This document shows, piece after piece, positions 40,633 through 51,385 of a stretch of DNA of 64,000 bases. The notes below the pieces were generated by a model. The model was not told where the DNA came from, ran no database searches, and saw only the letters and a list, made by a program, of their open reading frames with translations. Origin of the DNA: a virus (Duplodnaviria; Caudoviricetes); IMG/VR virus record IMGVR_UViG_3300004369_000013, positions 1,386-65,385 of that record. One strand, written 5' to 3'. The translations under genes were made by a program, and so were the position numbers. Every line of letters starts with the position of its first letter. Position 1 is the first letter of the stretch.

Positions 40633-41391
40633 TAGATTTACCTCCTTAGTAATCTTAATTGCATTAATGCCTTTAGCACTATCAACTAAGAATTTTATCA
40701 TTTCTGCATTATCTTTATCGTTCTTTTCTATAAAACCAATGTTTTGCATTTTGTTTCCAGTTATTGGACTTGTTACTGAGTCAGAATCTGAAACCATAAT
40801 GATGCCGTTTTCTGAATCCCAAAATACGTTTTCAATTTCTGTTTTTGACAAATAGCCATCTACAACATTTTGTCCATTTACCTTTTCAATAGAAACAATG
40901 TTTGCAAATTGATTTGCTGGATTATCTACAAGAGATAATTCATATAATTCGTATGTTTTAATTACACGGATTGTTTTATCAATTTTTTCGTCATAGGCAT
41001 CATCCCAAGTCTTAATGTTGCCACCAATTGAAAACCCAGTGTACGTTCCGTCTAAAACCTTTTCCCAGGCGTCTTGTGCACCCTTAGAAACATAGGCGGA
41101 TACATAAACTCCGCTATAAAATTTTTTGTCATTTGGATCAAAATACTTGTCCTCTTTAAAAGAAACAATCTTTCCTACAGCGCTTGGCTGGTGCATTTCA
41201 CGAAGATTACCACGAAAATTTTTAAAGGCCTCTATGCTAGACTCTGTGGTTACAATATCTCCTTGCTTATCAATATTGTCAAGGGTTGCAAAACCAGACA
41301 CCATGCGGCGTTCAACATCTATTTTTCCAATGGGCATTGAAAGGCGAACATTGTCACCTTCAGTTTCCCAATGAGCCTTGTTTATTAACAT
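40057..41391 (-). CDS. HK97-type prohead protease fused to an acidic scaffold domain
   Basis: VSGFAT..DKQGD, EMH, GFSIGG, ELSLVDNPANQ. Confidence 0.9.
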   Translation of the reverse strand: MLINKAHWETEGDNVRLSMPIGKIDVERRMVSGFATLDNIDKQGDIVTTESSIEAFKNFRGNLREMHQPSAVGKIVSFKEDKYFDPNDKKFYSGVYVSAYVSKGAQDAWEKVLDGTYTGFSIGGNIKTWDDAYDEKIDKTIRVIKTYELYELSLVDNPANQFANIVSIEKVNGQNVVDGYLSKTEIENVFWDSENGIIMVSDSDSVTSPITGNKMQNIGFIEKNDKDNAEMIKFLVDSAKGINAIKITKEVNLMTESTEAVVETVVENAEVAPGAQPAEVNAEAATEVVAEETETPAVVEEAPAVEELAIAKSDDASADSSVATATVEVENVVENSIADVKEEVAKAVSEINTSLTNAFGDLAATIKSLNEKVTAVTKSLDAVTADVNGIKSNFNEFGKRVDLVEKDTAFRKSGDLGEIVQESPQVVQKSLWGGRFLTSTDLFK

Positions 41392-41431
41392 AACGTTATA
41401 ATTATAGCACTGGTTTATATAGTTTTCTCAA

Positions 41432-43039
41432 CTATTGAGACGATCTTCCTTCACCCTGTGGATTACGACCAGAAACAGTGGTTGTTGAGTCAGAGTTATT
41501 ATTTGTTCTTTCTGAATCCCTTTGACGAGTCCCCGCTAAATTTGCCCTGGCATCGGTTGCCTGCCTTGGAGACATAACAAATGGATCATCACCATCTGCC
41601 CTTTGTGGCAAGTCTAATTTTTCACGAGCCTCGTTTGGCGTCATAACCTGCGTCTTTACATATCTTTCAATAATTTGAGATTGTGCAATTTCATCAGTCA
41701 GGGTTAACTCATTAAACCTTAGTTCAAGAACGTCTGTTTTTTCTCTAATAATCTTATTTACCACTTTTTCTAAATGTCTTTGCGCTGGACGAGATACCTG
41801 CTCTTTAAATGTACGATCTTGAGAAAGTGCTGCTGCAACTCCTGAAGAATCTGCACCACCTAACTTTGAAATAGGAACTTGATGAGCAATTAAAATATCA
41901 TCACGATTTTGTTTGCGGTATTCTTTAAATGAACCGTCCTGGATACCATTTTCAATTGGCTCCATCTTAAACTCAACTTTATTTCCCTCTGTATCTCCAG
42001 GAAGTGGAATATATAGGGTTCTGTGTGATTGAGCCTTAAGGCCAGTCTGCAAAAACCTAAACATTTTATCTTCAGCGTCACCCGATAATTTTGCACCTTT
42101 TAGTGTTACCACGTATCTTGGAACTGCTTTGTTTTCAAAATAGTCAATATTATATTGAGATGCTAACTGATCCCCAATTAAAGATGGCATTGCTGCAATA
42201 ATGTCTGGAATTCCATAAAATGTATTTAAAGGGGAATACTCTTTAAGATGGATGATTTCGTTTGGCCTTGGGTCTGTGCCCATAGGATTTGCATTTTTTG
42301 CTCCAAAGTTTTTAAAATAAACCACCTTTTGGCCAATAATTTGAATAAAGCCATCACGCAAACGGCGCACACGAACAGTGGTTGCTGGAATATGTCCAAC
42401 GTAGCCAATATCTCCAGCCACTGTTCTGCCTACTTCAATAAACCCATTACCTGTTGCCTGAAGATCCGTATAAACCTTTTCCATGGTTTTTGTAAAACTG
42501 TCATCGTCGTTTAAATTTTCTAGCCAATCACGTAACTGTATCTTTGCTCTTTCAATGCGATTGCGAGCACGATCTACTGCTGCCTGATCCTCATTCATTT
42601 CAAACCTCAACATAGTCCTATCTGAAACATCAAAACGATATCCAAGGCCAACTACGTTTTCTACCTTGGCGTCAATAGCAGCGTGATTGGCAAATGATGT
42701 GTCATAGAAGTTTGCTAATTCATACATGTTATATGGAGGAGTAATTACATCAAATAGTCCATATCCATTTCTATATACCGTGCCAGGATTAATTTGCTTT
42801 GAACTTGCATCTACTCCTGAAGGTGTAACATTTGCTGCATTTAAATATGCCTGATTTGTTTCTGGACTAATATATTTTGATAAATTACGGGTTGTTCTGC
42901 GACGAAAATTTTGATCTAGTCCAGAATAATCTTTTAAATCTTCCCAACTCTTATTAAATGGATCTTGATTTTTAAAAGGGCTTTCTTCTTTATCTTGCGT
43001 ATTAAGCCCTGCACGAATGTACTCTTGCTCATCACTCAT
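41432..43039 (-). CDS. Portal protein
   Basis: GNGFIEV, FYGIPDI, YFENKAVP, MTPNEAREKLDLP. Confidence 0.92.
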   Translation of the reverse strand: MSDEQEYIRAGLNTQDKEESPFKNQDPFNKSWEDLKDYSGLDQNFRRRTTRNLSKYISPETNQAYLNAANVTPSGVDASSKQINPGTVYRNGYGLFDVITPPYNMYELANFYDTSFANHAAIDAKVENVVGLGYRFDVSDRTMLRFEMNEDQAAVDRARNRIERAKIQLRDWLENLNDDDSFTKTMEKVYTDLQATGNGFIEVGRTVAGDIGYVGHIPATTVRVRRLRDGFIQIIGQKVVYFKNFGAKNANPMGTDPRPNEIIHLKEYSPLNTFYGIPDIIAAMPSLIGDQLASQYNIDYFENKAVPRYVVTLKGAKLSGDAEDKMFRFLQTGLKAQSHRTLYIPLPGDTEGNKVEFKMEPIENGIQDGSFKEYRKQNRDDILIAHQVPISKLGGADSSGVAAALSQDRTFKEQVSRPAQRHLEKVVNKIIREKTDVLELRFNELTLTDEIAQSQIIERYVKTQVMTPNEAREKLDLPQRADGDDPFVMSPRQATDARANLAGTRQRDSERTNNNSDSTTTVSGRNPQGEGRSSQ

Positions 43040-43427
43040 TTATGGCATCCTTTCCATACTTATCTAATGTTTGTTGTGCTGCATGCCAGGCGCCTAAGTC
43101 ATTCATTGAAGGAATTAGCCCCTCCTTCATTCTTTCTTTTTGCTCAGAATACTCTTCCTCACTGATTCTGGTAAGACCAGGAACAAAAATTGCCTTGCCT
43201 TCTCCGTCATCCCCATAATGCATGGCGGCCTCTCTTAATTGAGAAATCTTGAACAGGTCACCACGATCTGAAGGAATATTTAAAATTGAGCCAGTGTCGT
43301 CTGTAAACCATTTTCCATTGGACTTCTTATATACGTAAAGACCCCAGTCATATTGCTTATCTATTACCTTACGACGAACATTTTGTACATAGGGCTTACC
43401 AGTTTTTGGGTTTATTAGTGATTCCAT
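43032..43427 (-). CDS. Hypothetical protein upstream of portal
   Basis: ATG 7 nt after TGCTATACT, probably leaderless. Confidence 0.7.
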   Translation of the reverse strand: MESLINPKTGKPYVQNVRRKVIDKQYDWGLYVYKKSNGKWFTDDTGSILNIPSDRGDLFKISQLREAAMHYGDDGEGKAIFVPGLTRISEEEYSEQKERMKEGLIPSMNDLGAWHAAQQTLDKYGKDAINE

Positions 43428-43445
43428 AACCACAAGTATAGCAGA

Positions 43446-46400
43446 TTATACTGGTGTGGAGATGGTGCTTGACCATTCTATTTCTGAGTATATTTTTAAT
43501 TTTTCAGGCTGATACACTAGACCCTCGCCGTCATCAACTATAATTTTATTCGTTCCTATGTACGTCTTATAAATGTCTAATGGATTAATTCCGTAAAACT
43601 CTGATGATCCTATTACCAACATGCCTTCCCAGTTAAAGTTATTCCTCCAGAATTGCCAATCAAAGGTTGTAATTCCGTCTGTTAAAACCTTTATCCATGG
43701 CCTAAAAGTTCTGCTTTCAACCTCTTGTAGGCTATTTGCTTGATAATATGCAAGATTATTAAACAACACTGGTCCTGTGATATTTATATTTCCTAAATAT
43801 GAATCATATATCAGGGATGTTAGGAATGAAATACCAATGGATGACCACTCTTTAAGCGACAAGACTGGCTCTCTCACGAGGTTGCCGTTTAAATAAAATG
43901 CAACTCCGTTATATTCAACCCCGTTTTCATTTAAAACAAATACCCTTGCCCTATCCATACTAGAACTGTTGGCCTGAATATAAAATCTTAGTGTGCCATC
44001 TTTATGATTAATTTCAAATATTTCTGTTGCTGTTTCTGGAAAAACATCTTGATCATATCTAAGCCATAGTTGCATGGCGCTTACTTTGTAGGAGGTTGCA
44101 AGTTCTTTGTTGATTGGAAGAGAGAGTCCACGATTTTCCAAAACATTAAGTTCTCCACGTATCTCCAGTCCAGATGTTTTTGTTAAATATAAATATGGAG
44201 TGCTTTCTTTGTATATGCTAAATGGATTTTTTGTTTTATAGTCAAAATATATTCCATTTTTCTTATATGGAAATAGATCTACACCAAATCTTGTTCCAAC
44301 AGGATTGGACGAATTGTTGTTAAACGCTTGAGACGTTAACTGTAACTTATTCAATAATATTGGCTTGGTTAAGATACCACGACTATTAAATTCAAGACTG
44401 TATACAATTGCAAGTTCATTAAAGTTTTCTGTTTTAATAGGATAAATTAAAGTATTGTTTAATACTTCAAACCTTGTGCTGTCCCAATCTTCATATTCGC
44501 TCATGTCAACAACCTTATATTGATTTAATGCTTGATCGTTTGCAAACGGCGTTACAATATTGGCTCCATCATAAACATATTGAAAAGTAACATAACTTTT
44601 TATTTGTGCTCCAGTTGTATCATAATAATATCCAGCGTTTCCAGATTCTTCACTCAATGTTGTGATAGTTGGATATCCCAAGTTAAACTGTAAAAAATCT
44701 AAATCATAATAGTCTTCATCATCTTGATTTTTTACAAACTGCCCAAAATAAGAAAGTGGTAGATAGTCTTGCCAATATCCAGCAACACCTATGTCTAGAA
44801 AATATTTTTGATATGCTTCAGAAGGCAAGAGCGTATAACTGCTTGTGTGAGAAATCAACGCTGAGCCATCGCTTAAAATAACAATTCCGTCTTCGTCAAA
44901 ACTATCTGACATTTTAGAAAAATTTGTTGCACTACAGATGCCTACAGAATAAATCCTTCCACTAAAAGAATATTCTCCAGAATCATCTCCCCCTACGTAC
45001 ATTTTTAAAGAATTTTGATTTCCAAAAAATGAACTTACGCTTCCACCAAAATTGTCAGAAATACTTCTTAGGTTAAAACCTACTGAAAAAATGTTGTTGG
45101 CCGTTATTGGGTCTGATGTAAAAAGTAATTCAGTGTCTCCATTATAAGTTAAAGAATATTTAATCTCATCAGCATCTTTAATAATAGAAAAATAATTTCC
45201 AGTTATGGGGTTATATATTTTAAACAATATCTGTTCAGAAACTAAATCATGAGAACTAAAAACACCATAAAAAGCATCAACTTGGTTTGCCAAAACGTTA
45301 AACTTGTCAAAATTAATATAAGTGTTTTTAGAATTCCATGTGTTGTTTGGCCTAAAAGATAAAAATTTGTCTTCAATAAATGGGCCAGATTCGTTATCTT
45401 GTATACCTTGATTGTCTTCATATAATTCTTCTAGTGTTTTACCGTCCAAAAATATTTCAGGCAATGAGTATTCTGGTGTTCTTAAACTTGTTGCAGTTGT
45501 GGTCAAATTATCAAAACTTCCTTGACTCCATCTTGCAAAATCTGGATAGTTATAGTTTGCGGTATAGTCAGCAAATGGATAGTCTACGAATGCAGTTATT
45601 CCTCCATACGCCGAATTAATTCCTTCTGGAGATATAACCCCTTGTCCATATACCCATCGGCGCTTTGCAACCGTAACTGGAACCTGATAAGAATAAATTG
45701 CAACACAATCAATTTCAAAAGGGTATACGTTTGCATGTGCATAAAAACCAAGCCAGTCTTGATCATCTTCATTTCCATCAAGTTCTTCTGGTAAAGAAAG
45801 AGTGGATGTATCAAAAGATAAAGATAATACCTCTTCTCCGTTTATTAATAATGATGCTGAGTTTCTAATTAAACGAATATGAATTAACATTGGTCTAAAC
45901 CATTCACCAACAAAATGAGAAGCAAACTGATTTCCAATAACTAATGTTAAGAATCCGTCTTCTACATACAGTCCGTCATCGGATGCAATCGGTCCAAAAA
46001 TCTTAAATGGCGTTAAGGTGTTTGACTCTATCCTTGCCCAGAATTCAACTGTATAGTCGTTATATTGACCAGACTTATTTAAAAAACCTTTTCCTGGAAT
46101 TATTAAAGATGCATCCGTATAGGGCTCTAATCTTGTTACCCCATTGGCGCCATATACTAATGGAATTCCTGCATTTTTACATTTCAGTCCATTTTCTGCA
46201 ATATAATAGCCAGAGTATTCTGCTATACCATACGCTTGTGCTTCTACCGCATCCAGACCACCATAAATACTTACTGTTGATGGGACCGTAGTCTCTGTTA
46301 CTCCGTTTAACGAATACGTATTAAACTCTTCATTCCACTGGCCCAAAGTAATACCATTAAAATAAAACTGATTGTCAGTTGTAATTGATGATCCTTCAAA

Positions 46401-46910
46401 TATTTTTATTTTAAACACAATCCTTAACTGTGCAGAAACATCTGGAATTTCAAAGGTTTCAGAAATAAAGCCCCACTTCTGATAAAGTGTGCTTGTAAAT
46501 GTTTTTAAGTTTTGAACTATTTGGGACGTTGCTGGATCTGTATATTCATATCCTATAGAAACACTTTGCAAGTAAACACTGTCTGAATAAAAATATGAAC
46601 CTATGGTAAAGGTTTCAAGATTTTCAAGAGCATTAAAATTTAGTATATTAGGACTAACTATTGATGCCTCAAGAGTTTCAGTAACTGGAACATCAACTTC
46701 AATTAATGTTAAAGCACTATTTGAAAATGGCTCTTTAAGAGACTCTGACTCCAAAGTTGCTGTTGCATCTGATATGGTCCAAGAATCAGATATGTCTCTT
46801 TGTGCCTCAGAGATTAAACTTTTATAATCAAGTGTGTCGTCTAATGCCCACAAAATTAATGGGTGTTCAGAGTATATTTTTTCTGCATATAAATTTGATG
46901 GGGTAGACAT
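43446..46910 (-). CDS. Large virion protein with LamG/ConA-like regions
   Basis: EHPLILWALDD, YTVEFW, IDCVAIY; 1154 aa. Confidence 0.6.
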   Translation of the reverse strand: MSTPSNLYAEKIYSEHPLILWALDDTLDYKSLISEAQRDISDSWTISDATATLESESLKEPFSNSALTLIEVDVPVTETLEASIVSPNILNFNALENLETFTIGSYFYSDSVYLQSVSIGYEYTDPATSQIVQNLKTFTSTLYQKWGFISETFEIPDVSAQLRIVFKIKIFEGSSITTDNQFYFNGITLGQWNEEFNTYSLNGVTETTVPSTVSIYGGLDAVEAQAYGIAEYSGYYIAENGLKCKNAGIPLVYGANGVTRLEPYTDASLIIPGKGFLNKSGQYNDYTVEFWARIESNTLTPFKIFGPIASDDGLYVEDGFLTLVIGNQFASHFVGEWFRPMLIHIRLIRNSASLLINGEEVLSLSFDTSTLSLPEELDGNEDDQDWLGFYAHANVYPFEIDCVAIYSYQVPVTVAKRRWVYGQGVISPEGINSAYGGITAFVDYPFADYTANYNYPDFARWSQGSFDNLTTTATSLRTPEYSLPEIFLDGKTLEELYEDNQGIQDNESGPFIEDKFLSFRPNNTWNSKNTYINFDKFNVLANQVDAFYGVFSSHDLVSEQILFKIYNPITGNYFSIIKDADEIKYSLTYNGDTELLFTSDPITANNIFSVGFNLRSISDNFGGSVSSFFGNQNSLKMYVGGDDSGEYSFSGRIYSVGICSATNFSKMSDSFDEDGIVILSDGSALISHTSSYTLLPSEAYQKYFLDIGVAGYWQDYLPLSYFGQFVKNQDDEDYYDLDFLQFNLGYPTITTLSEESGNAGYYYDTTGAQIKSYVTFQYVYDGANIVTPFANDQALNQYKVVDMSEYEDWDSTRFEVLNNTLIYPIKTENFNELAIVYSLEFNSRGILTKPILLNKLQLTSQAFNNNSSNPVGTRFGVDLFPYKKNGIYFDYKTKNPFSIYKESTPYLYLTKTSGLEIRGELNVLENRGLSLPINKELATSYKVSAMQLWLRYDQDVFPETATEIFEINHKDGTLRFYIQANSSSMDRARVFVLNENGVEYNGVAFYLNGNLVREPVLSLKEWSSIGISFLTSLIYDSYLGNINITGPVLFNNLAYYQANSLQEVESRTFRPWIKVLTDGITTFDWQFWRNNFNWEGMLVIGSSEFYGINPLDIYKTYIGTNKIIVDDGEGLVYQPEKLKIYSEIEWSSTISTPV

Positions 46911-46945
46911 ATTTCTCCTATCCCCTTATTATAGCAGGGTAGAAA

Positions 46946-48976
46946 CTAATATAATTTAATTTCACATGCGTCTGTTGAGCAGTATTTTTCGGACTCAGCA
47001 TCAAGGTTATTTTTGCCATCATAGATAGCAGACCAATCAATTTTGCCGATTGTTCCGACATAAGAATTGTACTCTTCTCTTGTTATTTGAGTATATGGCT
47101 GTTGTGGGTATGTTTGATTACCCATCGGTAAAAATGACACTGCCTTAAGTTGACCCTCGTGCATGTGAAGTGCTGGAGCAATATGCTTAGACTCTGATTC
47201 TTTGTCAAATGAAAGCGTTACAGATACACCATTGTCAGACCAATACTTTTGGGCAGTAGCAGCCAAACCAATCTTTTCAAAAAGACTTACATCTTTCTCA
47301 GATCTTGGATGTCCAGATGCTACGGGGAAATATACCACTGAAGTGTTTGCAGATACTACGTCATCTTCAATTTTATACCCTGCTGCTTTAAACAAATGAA
47401 GCATTGGATCTGTATTTCCAAACCTAATAGCACGAAGATAAAATGCTCCTCCAGGACCCCAGTGAACTCCAGGCGTTGCGCCAGAAAGTAGGGATACAGA
47501 GCCCGAAGGCTTGACGGTAGTTACACGAATTGACTCACGCACACATAGCCACTCTGAATATGTGTGATCATATGAACGAATCTTCTTATACCCTTCGTCC
47601 ATCCAATTACGAACTGTTGGCATACCTTTTGTATCTGCAAATGATGCAATACCAGTAAGAGATGTTCCAATACGACGGTTGCGTTGCATAATGCCATTTG
47701 TGGTTTGCCAGTGTGTTGGCATTAATGTAACGGTTTTACCATATAGATATGCAAACTTTAGTGTACGAAGAAAATCTTCTTTGTCTTCGTGACGGTTTAA
47801 ATGAACTTCTACAAGAGTACACAATTCATAAGACTCTAGTGGTTGTTCAGCACATGGATTAAAGCCCATAACACGAGAATCTTTATAGTCTGGAGCATCT
47901 GCTAATCTGCCGTAGTTTCTAGCAACATCTAGCCAAATAAATCCTGGCTCACCATTATCTGCAATCAAATCTACGTAGTCCTCATACTTGGTTCCAACTT
48001 CAGCAGCGATTGAGTTATTGCTCATCCATGCCCAACCTGGTTTTTCTGAATCAAAAGAGTTTCTGTCTGGAAAAACCTCTGCATTTTTTAAATTAATAAA
48101 ATCATTGTCTCCTGGCAGCCCTAAAGCCAAGGTAGCAGAACGACGAACATTTCCAGAAACAACGCATGTGCCAATAAGGTTAACAATATCTACTATTGCT
48201 CTAGAGTCAAGTTTTTCTCCTGCTCTACCGCCAATTACTGCATCTATCTTATTGTGTAGTGCAATGAGTGGTGCTGGACCGCTGGCGACCCCTCCAAAGC
48301 CTTTTATGGGGGCACCTAGGGGACGAATAAGATCATAACTAAACTTCTGTATGGCCTGATTGGGGCGTAGGTATGAGTTTAATAGCATTCTTACAGAGTC
48401 TACCCAACCTTCACGAGTGTCTGGAATTTCCCATACATTTTCTGGCTCTGTTGGAGCATATATGGTCATCTCTTTGTCTTGACCGATAGTGTCAAACCCT
48501 ACACCTATACCAAGCATTAAGGCATCCATAACCCATGCAAATAAGGCTCCTGGGTCATTACGATCAAGGTCACGAGTAGAAACCATGGCACAATTTTGTA
48601 AGGAGGCAGAGTTACGCCTTTCCATAGTCATAGGGGTTCCAAATGCCCATAGACCACGGCCTGGGGGAGTCCACTTTAAGTTAAACATACGGTCATAGGC
48701 TTCTTGAGCAGACTTTTGGGCTTTGTTGTCATTCCATGGCAGTCTGTTGTCTTTAGCATGATTTTTTTGTACAGAGTACATTCCTTCAATTACCCGCTTG
48801 CAAACCTCATGCCATCTTTCCTTTGTACCATCCTCTTTCATGCGAGAGTATGTACGTATAAAAGTAATTTCACCCAGTGAGTTAGAGCCTGCGTCTGTAA
48901 AACCAAAAGGCGATGAGACTCCAATATACTTGTTTACGAATTCATCTGTTAAACGAAAAGAAAAGATATCTGACAC
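46946..48976 (-). CDS. nrdJ: Class II (adenosylcobalamin-dependent) ribonucleotide reductase
   Basis: PPGRGLW, LQNC, GNVRRSA, NPCAE...ELCTL, TVKPSGS, C-terminal CSTDAC; no small subunit gene nearby. Confidence 0.93.
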   Translation of the reverse strand: MSDIFSFRLTDEFVNKYIGVSSPFGFTDAGSNSLGEITFIRTYSRMKEDGTKERWHEVCKRVIEGMYSVQKNHAKDNRLPWNDNKAQKSAQEAYDRMFNLKWTPPGRGLWAFGTPMTMERRNSASLQNCAMVSTRDLDRNDPGALFAWVMDALMLGIGVGFDTIGQDKEMTIYAPTEPENVWEIPDTREGWVDSVRMLLNSYLRPNQAIQKFSYDLIRPLGAPIKGFGGVASGPAPLIALHNKIDAVIGGRAGEKLDSRAIVDIVNLIGTCVVSGNVRRSATLALGLPGDNDFINLKNAEVFPDRNSFDSEKPGWAWMSNNSIAAEVGTKYEDYVDLIADNGEPGFIWLDVARNYGRLADAPDYKDSRVMGFNPCAEQPLESYELCTLVEVHLNRHEDKEDFLRTLKFAYLYGKTVTLMPTHWQTTNGIMQRNRRIGTSLTGIASFADTKGMPTVRNWMDEGYKKIRSYDHTYSEWLCVRESIRVTTVKPSGSVSLLSGATPGVHWGPGGAFYLRAIRFGNTDPMLHLFKAAGYKIEDDVVSANTSVVYFPVASGHPRSEKDVSLFEKIGLAATAQKYWSDNGVSVTLSFDKESESKHIAPALHMHEGQLKAVSFLPMGNQTYPQQPYTQITREEYNSYVGTIGKIDWSAIYDGKNNLDAESEKYCSTDACEIKLY

Positions 48977-49052
48977 TTATGTTCCAACTTTCTATTAAAA
49001 TATTATAAGTACTTTGTAATTTCCAAAGTAGTGTTAAGTATATCATAGAATT

Positions 49053-49084
49053 AAAAAGAAAAACACGCTTGTTTAAGGCGTGTT
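49053..49084 (-). terminator. Intrinsic terminator
   Basis: AACACGC...GCGUGUU followed by UUUCUUUUU. Confidence 0.7.
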
Positions 49085-49125
49085 AATCTCTAGTTTAGAG
49101 TTAGTGCTTTGTGTTTTATAAAGTA

Positions 49126-50868
49126 CTATGCACCAATCAACATTAATTCGCTAAACGCTGCTCCTGCTGCTGGAGTTGAGAAAGAGAATGTTCCAGAACC
49201 ATCTGTCGTCAACACCTGTCCTGCTGAACCATCTGCTGCTGGAAGTGTCCAAACTCTGTTTGTTGAAACAGTTCCTGGAGCCTTAAAGCCAACATAATGG
49301 CTTGAGTCTGTGTCTGCAAGTCTAAGTTCGGCTGTAGCGTTAAGAGTAAATGCTGTTGTTGCTAACGCACTTTCTAATGTTTTATTAGCAAGAGTTTCTG
49401 AAACATCTTTTAACAATGTGCCGTTTAGATAAAGTGACTTTCCAGATGCTAGGTTGATATGCTCTGATGAGGTCCAAGCGTCTGTAGCGTCTACCCAGTT
49501 AAATGTTTTATCAGTAGTTCCCTTTAATGTTATACCGCCACCGTCTGCTGTGTTGTCTGCAGGTGATGTAGTATCTCCAAGAACAATATTTTTGTCCTCT
49601 ACAACAAGATTAGTTGAGTTAATGTTTGTGGTTGTTCCGTTGACTGTTAAGTCGCCAGAAAGAGTAAGGCTTGTTCCAGTTGCTTCGCCAATATCTGGTG
49701 TTGTTAGTATTGGGCTTGTAAGGGTTTTATTAGTAAGAGTTTGTGTGCCTGTGTCTGAAACAAGTACTGCATCTGCGTTTCCAATTGTGGTTCCACCAGG
49801 AAGTTTTAATGTGTTTGTTGCATTTTCGCTATGTGGTTGTGAAGCAATTTTCTGTCCATGAGAGTTTACGTGACAGTTTAATTGAATCTGTCCTACAACC
49901 GATGCGCCATCGCCATAAACTTCTACGATTTGTGTTGCAGGGTCAATAATTAAGTTGCCAGAAGCGGTGGTTGTTGTTCCACCTAATACTGGTGATGTAA
50001 GAGTTTTGTTGGTTAATGTGTCTGTTGTTGCTCTACCTACAAGGGTGTCGGTAGATGTAGGGAGCGTTAAAGTTCCTGTGTTAGATATAGTTGATATGAT
50101 TGGTTCTGTTAAAGTTTTATTTGTGAGGGTTTGAGTTCCTGTTTCACTAACACTTCCACCTGTTGCAGCAGATATATCAGCAGTAGATGCGACTGTAAAT
50201 GATGCGTTTGGGAAAGTAATTGTTCTGTCTTCTGTTGGATTTGTAAAAACAAGGGTTGTTTCAAATTCGTCTGCTTCAGAGCCTTCTACGACAATGCTTC
50301 CATCTGAAATCGTAAGACCTGAAATAATTGGACTAGTTAAAGTTTTATTTGTAAGAGTCTGACTTCCTGTCTCAGTGACAGTTTCTGCTGAAATATCAGT
50401 TGTAAGTGCTACAGTTCCTGATGCGTCAGGGAAAGTAATAGTACGATCTGCGGTTGGGTCACCTGCAGAAAGAGTAAGTTCGTGAGAATCTGCGGTATCG
50501 CCTTCCATTACGATTGTTGAAGTAAACACTCCAATGTCTGTAATGTCTGAAAGGTTGCCAGTTGTAATAACTGTACCGCTTACGTCTGGAATAGTAATTG
50601 TGCGATCATCGGTTGGATCTGTTACCTGAAGTGTAGTCTCATAAGAATCGGCGGTAGCACCTTCAAAAACAATGCTTGTACCAAAAGATGGGTTAACTGT
50701 AGAAGACTGATCAATAAAATAATCTAGGTCTGCCCAATGATTTGTTCCATCACCAATCTTAAATTTATTGGTGTCTGATTCCCATCCCATTTCGCCAGCG
50801 TTTAATATTGGATTGGCAGTAGACCACTGTGAAGCGGTTCCTCTTCGCTGTTGCATTCTTGTTGCCAT
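49126..50868 (-). CDS. Tail fibre with Mtd-N/hyaluronidase-N-like N-terminus
   Basis: QQRRGTASQW...NPIL..GE.GWESDT.KFKIGDG; TQTLTNKTL repeats. Confidence 0.8.
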   Translation of the reverse strand: MATRMQQRRGTASQWSTANPILNAGEMGWESDTNKFKIGDGTNHWADLDYFIDQSSTVNPSFGTSIVFEGATADSYETTLQVTDPTDDRTITIPDVSGTVITTGNLSDITDIGVFTSTIVMEGDTADSHELTLSAGDPTADRTITFPDASGTVALTTDISAETVTETGSQTLTNKTLTSPIISGLTISDGSIVVEGSEADEFETTLVFTNPTEDRTITFPNASFTVASTADISAATGGSVSETGTQTLTNKTLTEPIISTISNTGTLTLPTSTDTLVGRATTDTLTNKTLTSPVLGGTTTTASGNLIIDPATQIVEVYGDGASVVGQIQLNCHVNSHGQKIASQPHSENATNTLKLPGGTTIGNADAVLVSDTGTQTLTNKTLTSPILTTPDIGEATGTSLTLSGDLTVNGTTTNINSTNLVVEDKNIVLGDTTSPADNTADGGGITLKGTTDKTFNWVDATDAWTSSEHINLASGKSLYLNGTLLKDVSETLANKTLESALATTAFTLNATAELRLADTDSSHYVGFKAPGTVSTNRVWTLPAADGSAGQVLTTDGSGTFSFSTPAAGAAFSELMLIGA

Positions 50869-50907
50869 TTTATTGCTCCTTCTTCTTAGTTATATTATAA
50901 CAGATAA

Positions 50908-51366
50908 TTAGTTAAAATTATCAACTGCTATTCCACCATCCCAAGTTACTAGCCATGACACTGTATTGTAAAATCCAGCGTCAGTTGAATCGGCACTGCT
51001 ATCATAGAATCCAGCGTCTTTAAAAGTAGACACAATAAGACCTGTTCCATCAATTGCAGTATCGTGAATGTGTTGTGCGAGTTCTACTGTGTCTGCGTAC
51101 ATTGCAATACTGTACCAAGCAGAACTGTAAAATATATAAATGTGGTCAGTTACAGTGTCAAAAAATAATTGACCTTCTGTTGGTGATGCTGGAAATTCAC
51201 CACCAGATGCGACGATTACGTTACTTGTTGCACTATCTACATATGCTTTTGTTGCAGCATGTGTGTTTTCAGTAGGGGTGGCAACTGTAACTGTTGATCC
51301 AAAAATACCGCCTTCGGCTACATTAAGGCCGTGCTTTACTCTGAAGTCTTTATTTACAGTTGCCAT
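50908..51366 (-). CDS. Short fibre/virion protein
   Basis: KDFRVKHGL, HAATKAYVD, PTEGQLFFD. Confidence 0.65.
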   Translation of the reverse strand: MATVNKDFRVKHGLNVAEGGIFGSTVTVATPTENTHAATKAYVDSATSNVIVASGGEFPASPTEGQLFFDTVTDHIYIFYSSAWYSIAMYADTVELAQHIHDTAIDGTGLIVSTFKDAGFYDSSADSTDAGFYNTVSWLVTWDGGIAVDNFN

Positions 51367-51385
51367 ATTTTAGCCCCTATCTTAA

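Noticed and set aside
48977-49125. Cobalamin riboswitch or NrdR box upstream of nrdJ
   Set aside because: The leader is too short and AT-rich, and I could not match either consensus.
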